From the human T2T-CHM13v2.0 reference genome, Homo sapiens: a stretch of 64,000 nt of DNA. Under the pieces are notes generated by a model. That model was not told where the DNA came from, searched no databases, and saw only the letters and a list, made by a program, of their open reading frames with translations. Position numbers and translations under genes: made by a program. Of the stretch, positions 1-19,397 are shown in pieces (the first letter of the stretch is position 1; each line of letters opens with the position of its first letter). Where the stretch lies: the NCBI RefSeq assembly GCF_009914755.1, contig NC_060941.1, one strand, 5' to 3'.

Positions 1-704
1 AGGTGCTGCTTCGAATTAGTTTTGATACAACTTGAGTCATATCATTCATTAATTCAGCTCTGAGTCTAGTACTGTGCTAGGTGGTAAGGATTTGAAGATG
101 ATTGAAACAGCCCCTGTTTGCAACAGCTTACACTGGGCCAAATCATGAGATGAATGGATAAACTGGCAATTCCAACACAGAGTGAAGATACGGTCCAAAG
201 GTGCTATAGGATGGGTGTTCTGGGAGGACCCCCACAGGAGAATGAGTAGAAACCTTCACAAACAGCCCATGCTTCCACCATATCATGTGTAGGTTACTGC
301 AAGAGTCCCCTGCATCCACTTCAGCCTTCCTGCATTCTCCGCACTGCAAGTGGAGTGATTTTTCCAGAATCATGGCACTCTGGGGTCTGAACATACCCAT
401 GGCTTCCCGCTGAACTTCGAATGAAGTCCAGATTCCTCCATGGCCTCATCTGATCCTCCCTCTTCTTTGCTCGCTCTGCTCCGGCCACTCTGGCCATGCT
501 TCTATTTGTGGGACATGCCAGCCTTTTTCCTGCCATGCTGGGATCTGTGCGCAAGCTGCCTGCAGAGCTTCTTGTGATTGATTCCTTCACATCATTTGGG
601 CCTCAACTCAAACGTCACCCCTCTGAGAAGTCTTCAGTGACCACCCTTTTCAAAGGAGCCACCCCACTCCTGTATTGGTCATGTTTTTAATTTTCTATAT
701 TTTA

Positions 705-1206
705 TGATATTTCAATACCTCCAAAACTTGCTGGCTGGGGAGAGAACGCCCCTCCCTGTGCTAGCCAATTTTTAGAGGTAGCAAAGGGCTCAGCCAGGAG
801 CACATCTTTCTTCCACAAACCAGTTAATCCTGAGTCTAGAGCTCCAACCACCTCCTTATCTAATTCACACACCAAGCCATATTTCCCCTGCCTTACATCA
901 CCCCAGGGCCAGGTACCAGGCACCTTATAGACCAAAGCACACTGGAATTAATTCAAACCAGTCTGTCTTAAGCTGCCTACCCTACCCTGCCTTGGCTCTC
1001 CCGTGGAAACCCCAATAAAGGCTCTGGTCTAGGCTCTTTCTCCTCATTCCTTTCTGCCTCCTGGCCCACATCGGTGCTCCCCACGTGGTCTTGCACAGAA
1101 TGACATGCTTCCTTCTCTGGGAAACGTAAGTAATACAAATCTTTAGTGGCACTGTCCCCTCTGTATTGTCACTCAGTTGTGCCTGTAAATTAAATCCCAG
1201 GTATCA
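705..1206 (+). mobile_element. Solo LTR (probably ERVL class)
   Basis: TG...CA ends, internal CCCAATAAAG, LTR-like sequence; subfamily uncertain. Confidence 0.5.
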
Positions 1207-2162
1207 TCTTAATACACAAGCTCCATGAAAGCAGGGGCCAGTTTGTCTGGATTCCCCTAGATTCACACTCCCATAGGATTGAAGTGGGCACTGTATTGAT
1301 ATCTGTTGACCAAACTAATGGATAACAGACATCAGTCATCCTTTGCTCAAACTGATGTATCCACATTTTTCTACAAAGATTAAAGGAGAAATGGAACCGA
1401 GTTGGAATTATTTCACACAAAAACTATGAATACACAGTTTTTAGTTAATATTTGTAAGCATTCTCCAAGGGGCAGAGTGATAGGTGTTTTAAAAGAACAA
1501 ATCAGAAATGTTTGCAGAATAAAGGTGGTGACTATGAAATATCAATTTCAATGCTATCTTCCACCTTCTCTTAGAATATCCCTAACTGAATATACATCCA
1601 CCATTTGGGCAGTTTTATTACCTGTGCAGGTCTATGCGGATATAACTTTAAGCTTAAGTAAGGACAGATGCAATATTATAAGATTTGGTTTCCCTATGAA
1701 GTAAGACTTTATCTAGTAAGACATTAATGTAAATACCTGAAAATCTCATAATTGCTATGAACCAAGAATTAGCAATGACAGAAGCCACAGTGGCAGATGG
1801 AAGAGAAACAGCTTTGCTAGGGAGCCATGAAGACACACTGGCTACACTGTGTTAGTGGAAGCTCTGGAAACATCTCCAGAAAGTTGTTTTCTTTCTGCAA
1901 CATAGTAATTATTCTATTTCAAAAATCACTTTCCAAATGAAGTAGTTCTATTACTGAATAAGAGTCTTATTTTTGAGAACATTCTTGATTATTGTTATTA
2001 AATGGATGGGAACAGTGGCACAGAACCCAAGGGGCATAAAACCAACAAAGTGTTTTCTATTTGGCGGGGAATGTCTTTTATGCACACATTTGTTGGGGCT
2101 GCATTGTTTGCTCTGGGAACTCAAGACAAACAATGCAAACAAAGTCTCCTGACTTACCTTAA

Positions 2163-2507
<345 letters not shown>

Positions 2508-3021
2508 TAATTCATGTCTATCTGCATCCTCATCCACTGCTCAATGTGTTCCTGACCTCGGGTCTTCATTGTCTGCAGAGTTCTTCTTTCTGATCGACTT
2601 TCAAGGTATCAGTGGTTACCTCTCTCCTATGCAATCCAAAACTTCCCCTCCTGCTCCAATTCTTTCTCTTAGAAAATTGATTGATTGTTCTCACCTTCGT
2701 GCTTGTGTTCTAAGCTAAACTCGCCACCTTTCCATTCCACTGAATCCCTTTTCAGTTTGCTGCATCTCTCAATAGCGTCGTTATTTTCTAGTCATTAGTC
2801 ACTTTCTTTACTTAAAATATTGGTATTATTTTTGTCATCTGCTTAAAAATTTTTCATTGTATAATTTCCTGCATACAAAAAATTTAGAAATTGTGTAGTT
2901 TAAATAATAAATAATAGTAAAACATACCTGTATCTTAGAGACCCTGCTGTTTCTCCCCAGTGATATCTCCCCTATTACTGCTCAGGTGTCATCACTATCC
3001 TGAGTTTTCTTTATTACTTGC

Positions 3022-3808
3022 TGTGAAATAATAAGAAATATATAGTTGGCCTTTGTCTCTATTTCCTGGCACACAGCTTCTAAAATCCTTGTAATTTCCT
3101 CAGTGATAGAAGCATCTTTTCTTGTCCTGACCCAGAGCTCCTAAATCCTTTGAAATTTCTTGTGTGATAGGAGCATCTTTGGTTCTAATGAGGTGACTCT
3201 TGGTGGGCCGCTAAGTAGCTTTAGGATGGGGGCTGGCTGCCAGAAAGACCAAACCTTGATGAGAAGCCTAGACATTTCAGCCCTAACCCTTCCCCACCCT
3301 CCAGAGAGGGGACAGAGGCTGGAGACTGAGTTAATAATCGATCATGCTTACATGATGAAACCTCAATAAAAGCTTCTAAATGAGGGGGTTCAGAGAGTTT
3401 CTGGATTGGTGAACACATCAAGGTGCTGGGAGGTGGCCCACCCGGACAGGGCATGGAAGCTCCGTGTTCCTCGCCCCTGACCTTGCCCCGGGCATCTCTT
3501 GTATTCAGCTGTTGCTGAGTTGTATCCTTTATAGTAAACCCACAATAATAAGTAAAGCACTTACCTGAGTTCTGTGAGTCATTCTAGAGAATTATTGAAC
3601 TTTGCGGAGGGGGAGGTTGTGAGAACCCTGAATTTGTAGCCATGTCAGACAGAAGTGTGGGTAACCTGCGGGCCTGATACTTGTGGCTGGTATCTGATGT
3701 GAGGACAGTCTTGTGGGACTGAGCCTTTAGACAAGTGGAGTCTGACACTAACTCCAGGGTGTTAGTGTTAGAATTGAATTGAATTGTAGGACACTGAGTT
3801 GGTGTCAG
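3022..3808 (+). mobile_element. MER21-like LTR
   Basis: Recognised ttcctggcacacagcttctaaaatccttg ... gataggagcatcttt and ggttgtgagaaccctg ... ttggtgtcaga motifs. Confidence 0.65.
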
Positions 3809-4002
3809 AAGGGAAGAAAACCTTTCACCTGCCTTTAAAAAAGGTTTTGCTATCTACATATGCACCTCTAAACAATATCTTGTTTAGTTTTTCTATTTGG
3901 AACTTTATACAATGGAATCCGCCTTATGCACTCTGCTGGGACTTGCTTCCTTCATTTGGCTTTATGATTCTGTAACTCATCATTGTTGATGTGTGCGGCA
4001 GT

Positions 4003-4386
4003 TGTAGGTTGATTCTCTGGGAAGCAGAGTCAGAGCTGAGTTCAGTGTGCAGGGTGCTTATTAAAGATTGCCCTGGGATCAATACCTGTGGAAGGGGAGA
4101 AGAAAGCAGGATTGGGCACAGGTAGAAAGTGAGCTTCCATGAGGAGCTCTGGAGCTCAGTATTGTCCTGAGTGGGGCCAAGATGGCCAAGCCTTTATACT
4201 TCTGTATCAATTATTCATTGGATGTAGGGTGTGAACTCAGGTGAGGTGACACTGCAGCTGAAGCAACCCCTGAGGGGCTGATGGCTGAGGACTGCCTGCT
4301 GCCAATACCTATGCAGCTGGGATGAAAAGCTCTCCATTGGAAGCCTGCTGGATCTGGGTAGCCAGTGGGATCACAGCATCACCACA
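4003..4386 (-). mobile_element. Old ERVL-type LTR fragment
   Basis: tctctgggaagcagagtcagag ... caatacctgtgg pattern. Confidence 0.45.
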
Positions 4387-4582
4387 GGGGTTTATAGTCC
4401 ATTATTTTCCACTGTTGGATAGCATTTTTTGTTATAGACTTCACTTTATTTATCCATCCTACCATTGATGGCTAGTATTTGGATTGTTCCTAGTTTTTAA
4501 CTACTATGAACAATGTTGCATGAACATTCTTGGACATGTCTCCTGGTGCACCTGTGTAAGGGTCTTTCCAAGTTTTAGACCT

Positions 4583-4947
4583 CCTTAATCTGTTTGGTCT
4601 ACTGTAACAAAATGCCATACACTAGGTGGCTTATAAACAACAGAGATTTATTTCCCACAGTTCTGGGGGTTGGGAAGTTCAAGATCAAAGTGCTGGCCAC
4701 TTTGATGTCTGATCAGAGTCCACTTCCTTGTTCATAGATGTCACCTTCTGTGCCATGTAACACTGTGTCCTCACAAGGTGGAAGGGCAAGGGAGTTCTCT
4801 GGGTCTCTTTATTAAGGGTACCATTCTCAATCATGAGGCCTCCACCCTTATGACCTAATCACTTCCCAAAGACCCCACCTCCTCATACCATCACCTAGGC
4901 TTCCACATAGAAATTTTGGAAGATTGTAAATATTCAACCCACTGCAT
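4583..4947 (-). mobile_element. MaLR LTR (MLT1A/MST-like)
   Basis: ggtggcttataaacaacagagatttatttcccacagttctgg ... aagttcaagatcaa ... cccttatgacctaatcacttcccaaag. Confidence 0.75.
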
Positions 4948-6233
4948 AGAATATGCATATATCCAAGTTGATTAGGTGAAACCGAATTTTCGAAGTTCAG
5001 AGTTACAACCTCACAAAAGTATGAGTTTCTGTTGCTCCACATACTCATATATATTTGATACAGGAAGACTTTTTGATACTTGACAAGTTGGGAAGTGTGA
5101 AATGGAAGCTAACTGTGATTTTTAATGTGCATTTCTCTGGTTACTAATAAGATTGAGTATATTTCATGTTTATTGAATGTATGGATTTCCTCTTCAGTGA
5201 GGAGCTTGTTCAAATTTTTGTGCCATTTTTAATAGGGCTGTCTCTTTTTATCCTTTATCCTCTTTTATGCTTCTCTTAAGCTTATCTATGTGTCTATCCA
5301 TCTATCTACTTACCTACTTACCTACCTAATTTTTTCTCTCTGTGCTGAAGTCTGGATAATTCCCTCATTCTACTTTTCAGTTTACTAATTCTTTCTCCCA
5401 CTGTGTCTAATCTACTATTGGATCTAAACATTGATATTTTAAATGTTATTTCTTACCTATATCTAGAAGTTTATATTTGGTTCTTTTCAAATATCCTTAG
5501 TCATTCTTCATAGTGTTTTGGATTCTGCTTATATTTTCAAAGTTTTAGTTTTAAAAGTATATTGATCATTTTTTATGCTCTATATTTTAAAATTGTTTCT
5601 ATTGGCTCTTGCTCATAGTAACTTGTTTAGCAATTTCTGATTACCAACAGCTAATTTTCCTTAAAATTTTATTTATGAGAATCATTTGAGGCCTGGGATG
5701 ATAGTGGGTCTATCTAAAGAGAATTTGCATTTGCTTCTGTTAGGCCCCCAGGGAGGTACCAGTGGTTGGGAACCCTCTTAAAGTAAATTCCCAGCTTAAA
5801 GTTATTTTCATGCAGCAAGATAGTGTGGATTTTGGCCATAACCCTATCCAAAGTTTAGCTTGTAACCGTATATTCTCAGAGTTAATTTTCCCTCTTCCCT
5901 TTATGCCAGTGGTTGAGACAGGGAACTTTTTTTGCAGTTCTCTGGCAGGGAGGTGAGAGTATTTCTAGGTCATGCTTGTATTGCATGTATGGCTTTTTGG
6001 GGCTAACACTTATAAGGAAGGGTCTCTGTTTATACTCCCCATCTTAGGCAGGTGCTACGTTTTATCTCATGTCCTTCATACTCTGTGGGGTCATAAACAC
6101 TGAAGTCCAAGTTCACAGCTTCAGCAAATGCCTCAAAGTGCAAGCCATCTTCAGATTTCTCCTTTTCTCTCTGAGTTCCTTCCTTCACGTAGTGTTTGGT
6201 CAGGGTTTTCCTTGTTATTACAGCTCATTAATT

Positions 6234-6960
6234 TGAAGTCCTAATTAGGGAAAGGGAGTCAGGCTGGTGGAGGCAGGAAAAAGCAAAAAGATAAAGCAAA
6301 TAAGCTACAAGTCTGCCTTTCTTCATGGTCCAGGACACACAGCCCTCCTGCGCAAATAATTCACAATCTTCCTGCACCCAACTATCACCAGACACCTGCA
6401 AGTTAGCTCACTACAAGCTTTGCATTATCAATACTAAACAAAGCCCTCTTCAGCAGACAGCATAAACACCATCCTATAAAATCTCCAGCAAGCCTTTCTT
6501 TGCAGTCAGCTTCTCTTCTTCTGATCCTGCTTGTTGCCTCCTCGCAATGTATTTCCTACTTTCTCTAATAAATCTACCTTTTTTTTTTTTGAGATTTTTT
6601 TGAGACAAAGTCTTGCTCTGTCGTCCGTGGTGGAGTGTAATGGTATGATCTTGGCTCACTGAAACCTCCACCTCTCAGTTCAAGTGATTCTTCTGCCTCA
6701 GCCTCCTGAGTAGCAGGGACTACAGGCACATGCCACCATGCCCAGCTAATTTTTATATTTTTAGTAGAGACGGGGTTCTGCCATGTAGGCCAGGGTGGTC
6801 TCGAACTCCTGACCTCAAGTAATCCATCTGCCTCGGCTCCCAGGGGAGAGATTAAGGGCTTGAGTCATCTTGCCCAGCCAAGTCTGCCTTTCTTTATCTA
6901 CTACTCTCTTAGTAAATTCTTTTACCCCTGTGCCACCGGCCCCCTTGTTGCTCCCTTGCA
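6234..6960 (+). mobile_element. ERV1-type solo LTR interrupted by an Alu
   Basis: tgaagtcctaattaggg ... ctctaataaatct, resuming after the Alu at about 6880 and ending ...ttgca. Confidence 0.6.
6578..6879 (-). mobile_element. Alu (AluS-like)
   Basis: Full antisense Alu with poly-T. Confidence 0.92.
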
Positions 6961-6982
6961 TCAATTAATGCTTTTTTTAAAA

Positions 6983-7207
6983 TTTGAGACAGAGTCTCTT
7001 AGGTTCAAGCGATTCTCCTGCCTCAGCCTCCTGAGTAGCTGGGATTATAGGCATGCACCACCATGCCCAGCTAATTTTTGTATTTTTAGTAGAGACGGGG
7101 TTTTGCCATGTTGGCCAGGCTGGTCTCGATCTCCTGACCTCAGGTGATCCACACATCTTAGCCTCCCAAAGCGTTGGGATTACAGGTGTGAGCCACTGTG
7201 CCTGGCC
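6983..7207 (-). mobile_element. Alu, internally deleted
   Basis: Alu sequence flanked by repeated aattaatgctttt (TSD). Confidence 0.88.
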
Positions 7208-7994
7208 AATTAATGCTTTTAAAAAGATTTTAAAAGGATTTTATCCAGCATTTTTAGTTGCTTCCAGTAGGAGAACCAGTTGAAACCAAGTCTCCTGTAT
7301 CATCTCTTGATTCTCCTTTTTACCCCTGTGACTGTTCCTGTTGATTGTTCTTCATAGATTTTCATTCCTCTACCTATTGCTTAACTGTTGATATTCCCAT
7401 TTTAGAACATGACCCCACTTCTTTTTTATTTTACATATGTACATTTATCACATTCATTCTCTTTAATATAATTTTTCCTTCAGTAAAACTTACCGACTCT
7501 CTACTCTCTAATGGAGATAACTGGTAGTTCATCCCATATGAAGACTGGCTTCTGGTGAGACATCCCAGGCCCCTCACCTTGGAGGACAAAGGAACACAGG
7601 GCTTTAGCCTTCCCAGCGAGCCTATTATGTTCCCTTTCTCTTCAGGGACCTGTCCATGTCTCTCTACTTTTCTCCTCTGCCATTGGAGAAATACGAAAGG
7701 TCACTCAGGGGCCTAGAGTCTCTTCATTCAGGCCAAGACTTTCACTCTTCAAAAACTCATAATTGGAACAATCACTGGGGACCAAGTTGGTGCAAGGCAC
7801 AGGCTTTGCTGTATGATGAGAAGCTGGTCAAGGATGTGTAGCGTAAGCTCTCCTTCTTTTAAAAGCTTACAGACTAGTTAGGGAGAGGGAGACACCTGAC
7901 TCATCACAGCTGTGACCTTTTATAGTTTTAATTACCAACTTTAGTCTTACATGTTTCCAATATAAAATACTTCTTCTGGTTTTGATGTGTATAT

Positions 7995-8640
7995 TTATTC
8001 ATTTATTGAACAAATATTTAATGTGTACCTACCATATGCCAGACACTGTCTGGTTACTGGGGATATGATGTTGAACAAAATGGGCCATATCCCTGCCTTA
8101 GAAAGCTTACATTCTGGTGCAGGGGAAGGAACAACAAATAAATAAAATAAATAAACAAGATAAATTCAGGTGCTTATGAAGTTTCCGAAGAAAGTAAGGC
8201 AGTGTGATGTACTAATGACTTCTGCTAGAGTGGTCAGGGACAGCTCTTCTGATGAGAAGGATCAAAAGGAATTAGCCATGGGAAGATCTGGGGAAGAGCA
8301 TTTCAGGCAGGGGGCACAGCTAGCGCAGAGGCTCTGAGGCAGGAATGAGCTTGCTGCATCCAAGGAATAAGAGGAGGGCAATATTGTTAGGGCTTTGGGG
8401 GAGGTGAGGGCATAAGATATGAATAGAGAGATAAGCAGAACCAGGTCACATCAGGCTCTGGAGGCCATAGAAAAATATTTAAATTTAGTCCTAGGTACAT
8501 CAGGAATCCACTGGAGGATTTTTTTTTTTTTTAAAACACGGTCTCACTCTGTCACCCAGGCTAAGGTGCAATCACTGCTCTCTGCAGCTTCAACCTCCTG
8601 GGCTCAAGCAATCCCACTGCAGGATTTTAAGAAAGGTAGT
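7995..8640 (-). mobile_element. L2 fragment (short Alu/FLAM piece at about 8520-8592)
   Basis: ttattcatttattgaacaaatattta ... tacctaccatatgccagacactg L2 end; later gcatttcaggcag ... gaggctctgaggcaggaatgagc. Confidence 0.7.
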
Positions 8641-8729
8641 GATGTATTCATCTTTCTCTCTGTCTGTGTATATAAAGAGATTAACCATTGTGTGTGTGTG
8701 TGTGTTTAAAGTCATCTTTGTTGGAGTAC

Positions 8730-8935
8730 AATCATGATGTGCTGGTAAATGTGTAATAACCAGGTTTCAGAGGAGGAAGAATTTCTGATTTGTGGGGTTT
8801 GCTAATTTCTGCAAAAGTGTAAATACCTTCTCCATGCTGACATCAAGCTACCAAGTGATATCACTAAGTGAGGGGTCAGGAAGAGACGTGCAGAAGAGGC
8901 TGTCATGAGATGGTAACAGTTCTAGCACATGACTG
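8730..8935. mobile_element. MER63-like hAT DNA transposon
   Basis: Terminal gtgctggtaaatg ... tagcacatgactg and internal caagctaccaagtga..tcact. Confidence 0.6.
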
Positions 8936-9047
8936 GGTGTATTACAAACATATTAAAACTCACTTTTTAAGTTGTTCATGTCTATGAATCGTGACATATA
9001 TAGCTGTGTAAGGATTTACATATGGAATCATCACTCTAGTCAATAAG

Positions 9048-9383
9048 TGTATTAGTCCATTTTCACGCTGCTGATGAAGACTGGGAAGTAAAAGAGGTTT
9101 AACTGGACTTACAGTTCCACATAACTGGGAGGCCTCAAATCATGGCAGGAGGCGAAAGGCACTTCTTACATGGCAAGAGAAAATGAGGAATATGCAAAAG
9201 CGGAAATCCCTGATAAAACCATCAGATCTTGTGAGACTTATTCACTACCATGAGAACAGTATGGGGGAAACTGCCCCCATGATTCCAGTTGTCTCCCACT
9301 GGGTCCCTCCCACAACATGTAGGAATTATGGGAGTACAATTCAAAATGAGATTTGGGTGGCGACACAGAGCCAAACTATATCA
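9048..9383 (-). mobile_element. THE1-type MaLR solo LTR with 5-bp TSD
   Basis: tgtattagtccattttcacgctgctgat ... agccaaactatatca; flanks ataag (9043-9047) and atgag (9384-9388). Confidence 0.88.
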
Positions 9384-10368
9384 ATGAGGGAGGATTTGAT
9401 GATAGGCGGGGAAAAGTGGTGTAAATTGCTTCAGCACTTAGACAATTACAAGATTTTTTTTCTAAGTGGAATTTTTCTCTGAGATTGTAATATTTTTGTT
9501 TCACATAATCTAATGGGGAACATAATTAGGCCTGTGGCTAAGATTGTATCAGAAGCAGGCAATAAAAACAATTCAGGGATAATTACAACACACTTAAAAG
9601 ACTCTTTTTCTGCTTTATATTTTCACTTAGAGGCAGAAACCATTTTTTTTGAATAGATTATAATATGGATAATCCATCCATACAGGATAGAGGGTCAACT
9701 AAATATCTAGAGGTAATATCTGATCTGAGGAAATTATGTTTTTAATTAATCTAATTTATTTCCCTTTAGTAGAGAGAAATCTGTTGGTCAAGAGAGTTAT
9801 AAACATCAGCTACAACTTTGTAGTAGAAGTGGATGGCTCTATTCCTGTAACTTGGATTCTAAACTAAAACTTTTGCTATAACCTCTATTACATTTGGAAT
9901 ATTGTTTAAAATATATATCCAAAAGGAAAATGAGGTTGAGAATTAATCATTATAAATATTGAGTATTAAAAATAAGTATTAGCATCTGTTGAATGCTTAT
10001 CCCATAAGTGCACTTTGCATTAAGTTATTTCTTTAATCTTTACAATAACCATTTGAAAGAACTACTTTTATTATCCCCATTTACAGATGAAGAACCTGAA
10101 ATGTATATACTTTAGTTATTACTAAAGGGAATAGGCTTCTTAGTATGTCAAAATATGGCAGATTGGGGATTTAAATAAAAGTACTTTTATTCTTTCTGAA
10201 TTTGTTTCAGTTTGAATTATAGGGTAAGCCTTATGAAAACCTATGAGGAAATCTATTATTTTGAAAGAGTTTTTATATAATAAAAGCTGTTAGATGTTCA
10301 CATATTTATATTGCACACATAAATATTCTAAAGACAGTATCACCAATGATAACTTGCTAAAGAAGAGG

Positions 10369-10374
10369 TTTATT
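10369..10374 (-). terminator. KRT25 polyadenylation signal AATAAA
   Basis: tttatt on plus strand, about 230 nt after the stop codon. Confidence 0.75.
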
Positions 10375-10605
10375 GAATACAAAGAATTGACAACAGATTT
10401 CTGTAGGATAATCAAATGAGTCATATTTGTGTGTGGCATTCTTCTAGATGAATGGGGAGATGCTGTCATTGATTGCCCAGAAAGAAAGTAACAGAAAGAC
10501 AACAGGTTAGACATTTTTCTTAGACATGCACATTTTTCTGGACAGATACATAATGCCTTTTCTTCGCAGGGGCTATGTGGCATACGTTCTCTGTTGCATC
10601 TCAAA

Positions 10606-17649
<7,044 letters not shown>

Positions 17650-17669
17650 CTAAAAGGTTTGGTTTGCCT

Positions 17670-17910
17670 TTTTATAGGCAAGTCCCAAGTGTGTTCTGAA
17701 TGAAATTCTGCCTACACAGAGTAAAACATGGCTTGCCAGTCTCAGCAAGTTGGCATAATTGGGTGATTTTTTCTAATTAGTAACTCACTTTGCTGGGCTC
17801 ATTCCTGTAGGAGGGCAGTTGCCCTCAGGTTGGTGGTTATCTGAGAAATGGGTCTGGGTGGAGCAATGTCAGGTTCATTATTACGTTTTTAAATGCTGAG
17901 TGAGTCATTC
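17670..17910 (-). promoter_or_regulatory. KRT25 proximal promoter (TATA box and shared upstream motifs)
   Basis: TATAAAA at 17670-17676 (minus); taattgggtgatttt 17756-17770; AGATAA 17837-17842; TGAGTCA 17901-17907. Confidence 0.8.
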
Positions 17911-18475
17911 TTCACTTCCATCCTTGGAAGTAAACCTCATCAGCTCATTACAGGATAGAAATTTAGCATCATGGTTTTGGGCTATTATGCCAAGGCAGAT
18001 TGTGATGTTTCTGAGGCTTTTTCTGCTTTTATTTTCACAAGTTTTTCCACATAAGTAGAGAATAGAACTGTAATCATTTCCCCAACCTGGTTCTTCAACC
18101 AATAGGTTTTTGTTTTTATTTTTAAATTCCTCTTGCCACTGTTTCCCATGGGAAGTTAACTTTCATTCCGGCTGACATGAGCATCATATTCTGTTGACAC
18201 TTATGACTGAGGAGAGTTGTCTTACCTTATCCATTTTGGTAATTAGGAGCACACCCCTAATTGGTGTTATGTTTTGTGGGAGTTTGGAAAGACATTAACT
18301 TATTTCCTGACCCTGCAAAATCTGAAGCAAACCTGGTAGGAACTATTTTTTCTGTCTTAATTTATTGTGGTTTAGCTCAGATGAAAGTCATCAGTAAGGT
18401 ATTTAGTCGGTGGGAATTCACATATATTTACTGAAAACTCTACCTATTATGGAAATATAAAAAATTGACAAATAA

Positions 18476-18793
<318 letters not shown>

Positions 18794-19097
18794 TTATGGT
18801 GCACGACATGATTTTTTGATATATGAATATATTGTGTAATGACCAAATCAAGCTAATTAACATATCTATTACCTCACATACCTATTTTGTGGTAAGAACA
18901 TTTAAAATCTACTTTCTTATTGTTATTAACTATAGTCACCATATTGTACAATAGTTATCCTGAACTTATTCCTCCCACCTAAATGAAATTTTGTATTCTT
19001 TGACCAAAATTTCCCTAGTGCACTTCCCTGATGATTAGTGATGTTGAGCACCTTTTCATAAACCTATTGGCTATTTGTATGTCTTTTGAGAAATGTC

Positions 19098-19397
19098 TTT
19101 TTTTTTTTTGTTTGAGACGGAGCCTCACTCTGTCGCCAAGGCTGGAGTGCAGTGGTGCGATCTGGGCCCACTGCAAGCTCCGCCTCCTGGGTTCAAGCCA
19201 TTCTCCTGCCTCAGCCTCCTGAGTAGCTGGGACTACAGGCATCCGCCACCACACCCGGCTAATTTCTTTTTGTATTTTTAGTAGAGATGGGGTTTCACTG
19301 TGTTAGCCAGGATGGTCTCGATCTCCTGACCTCGTGATCCTCCCACCTCGGCCTCCCAAAGTGCTGGGATTACAGGCGTGAACCACTGTCCCTGGCT
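19098..19397 (-). mobile_element. AluY/Sc inserted in L1
   Basis: Full Alu, TSD aaatgtcttttt. Confidence 0.92.
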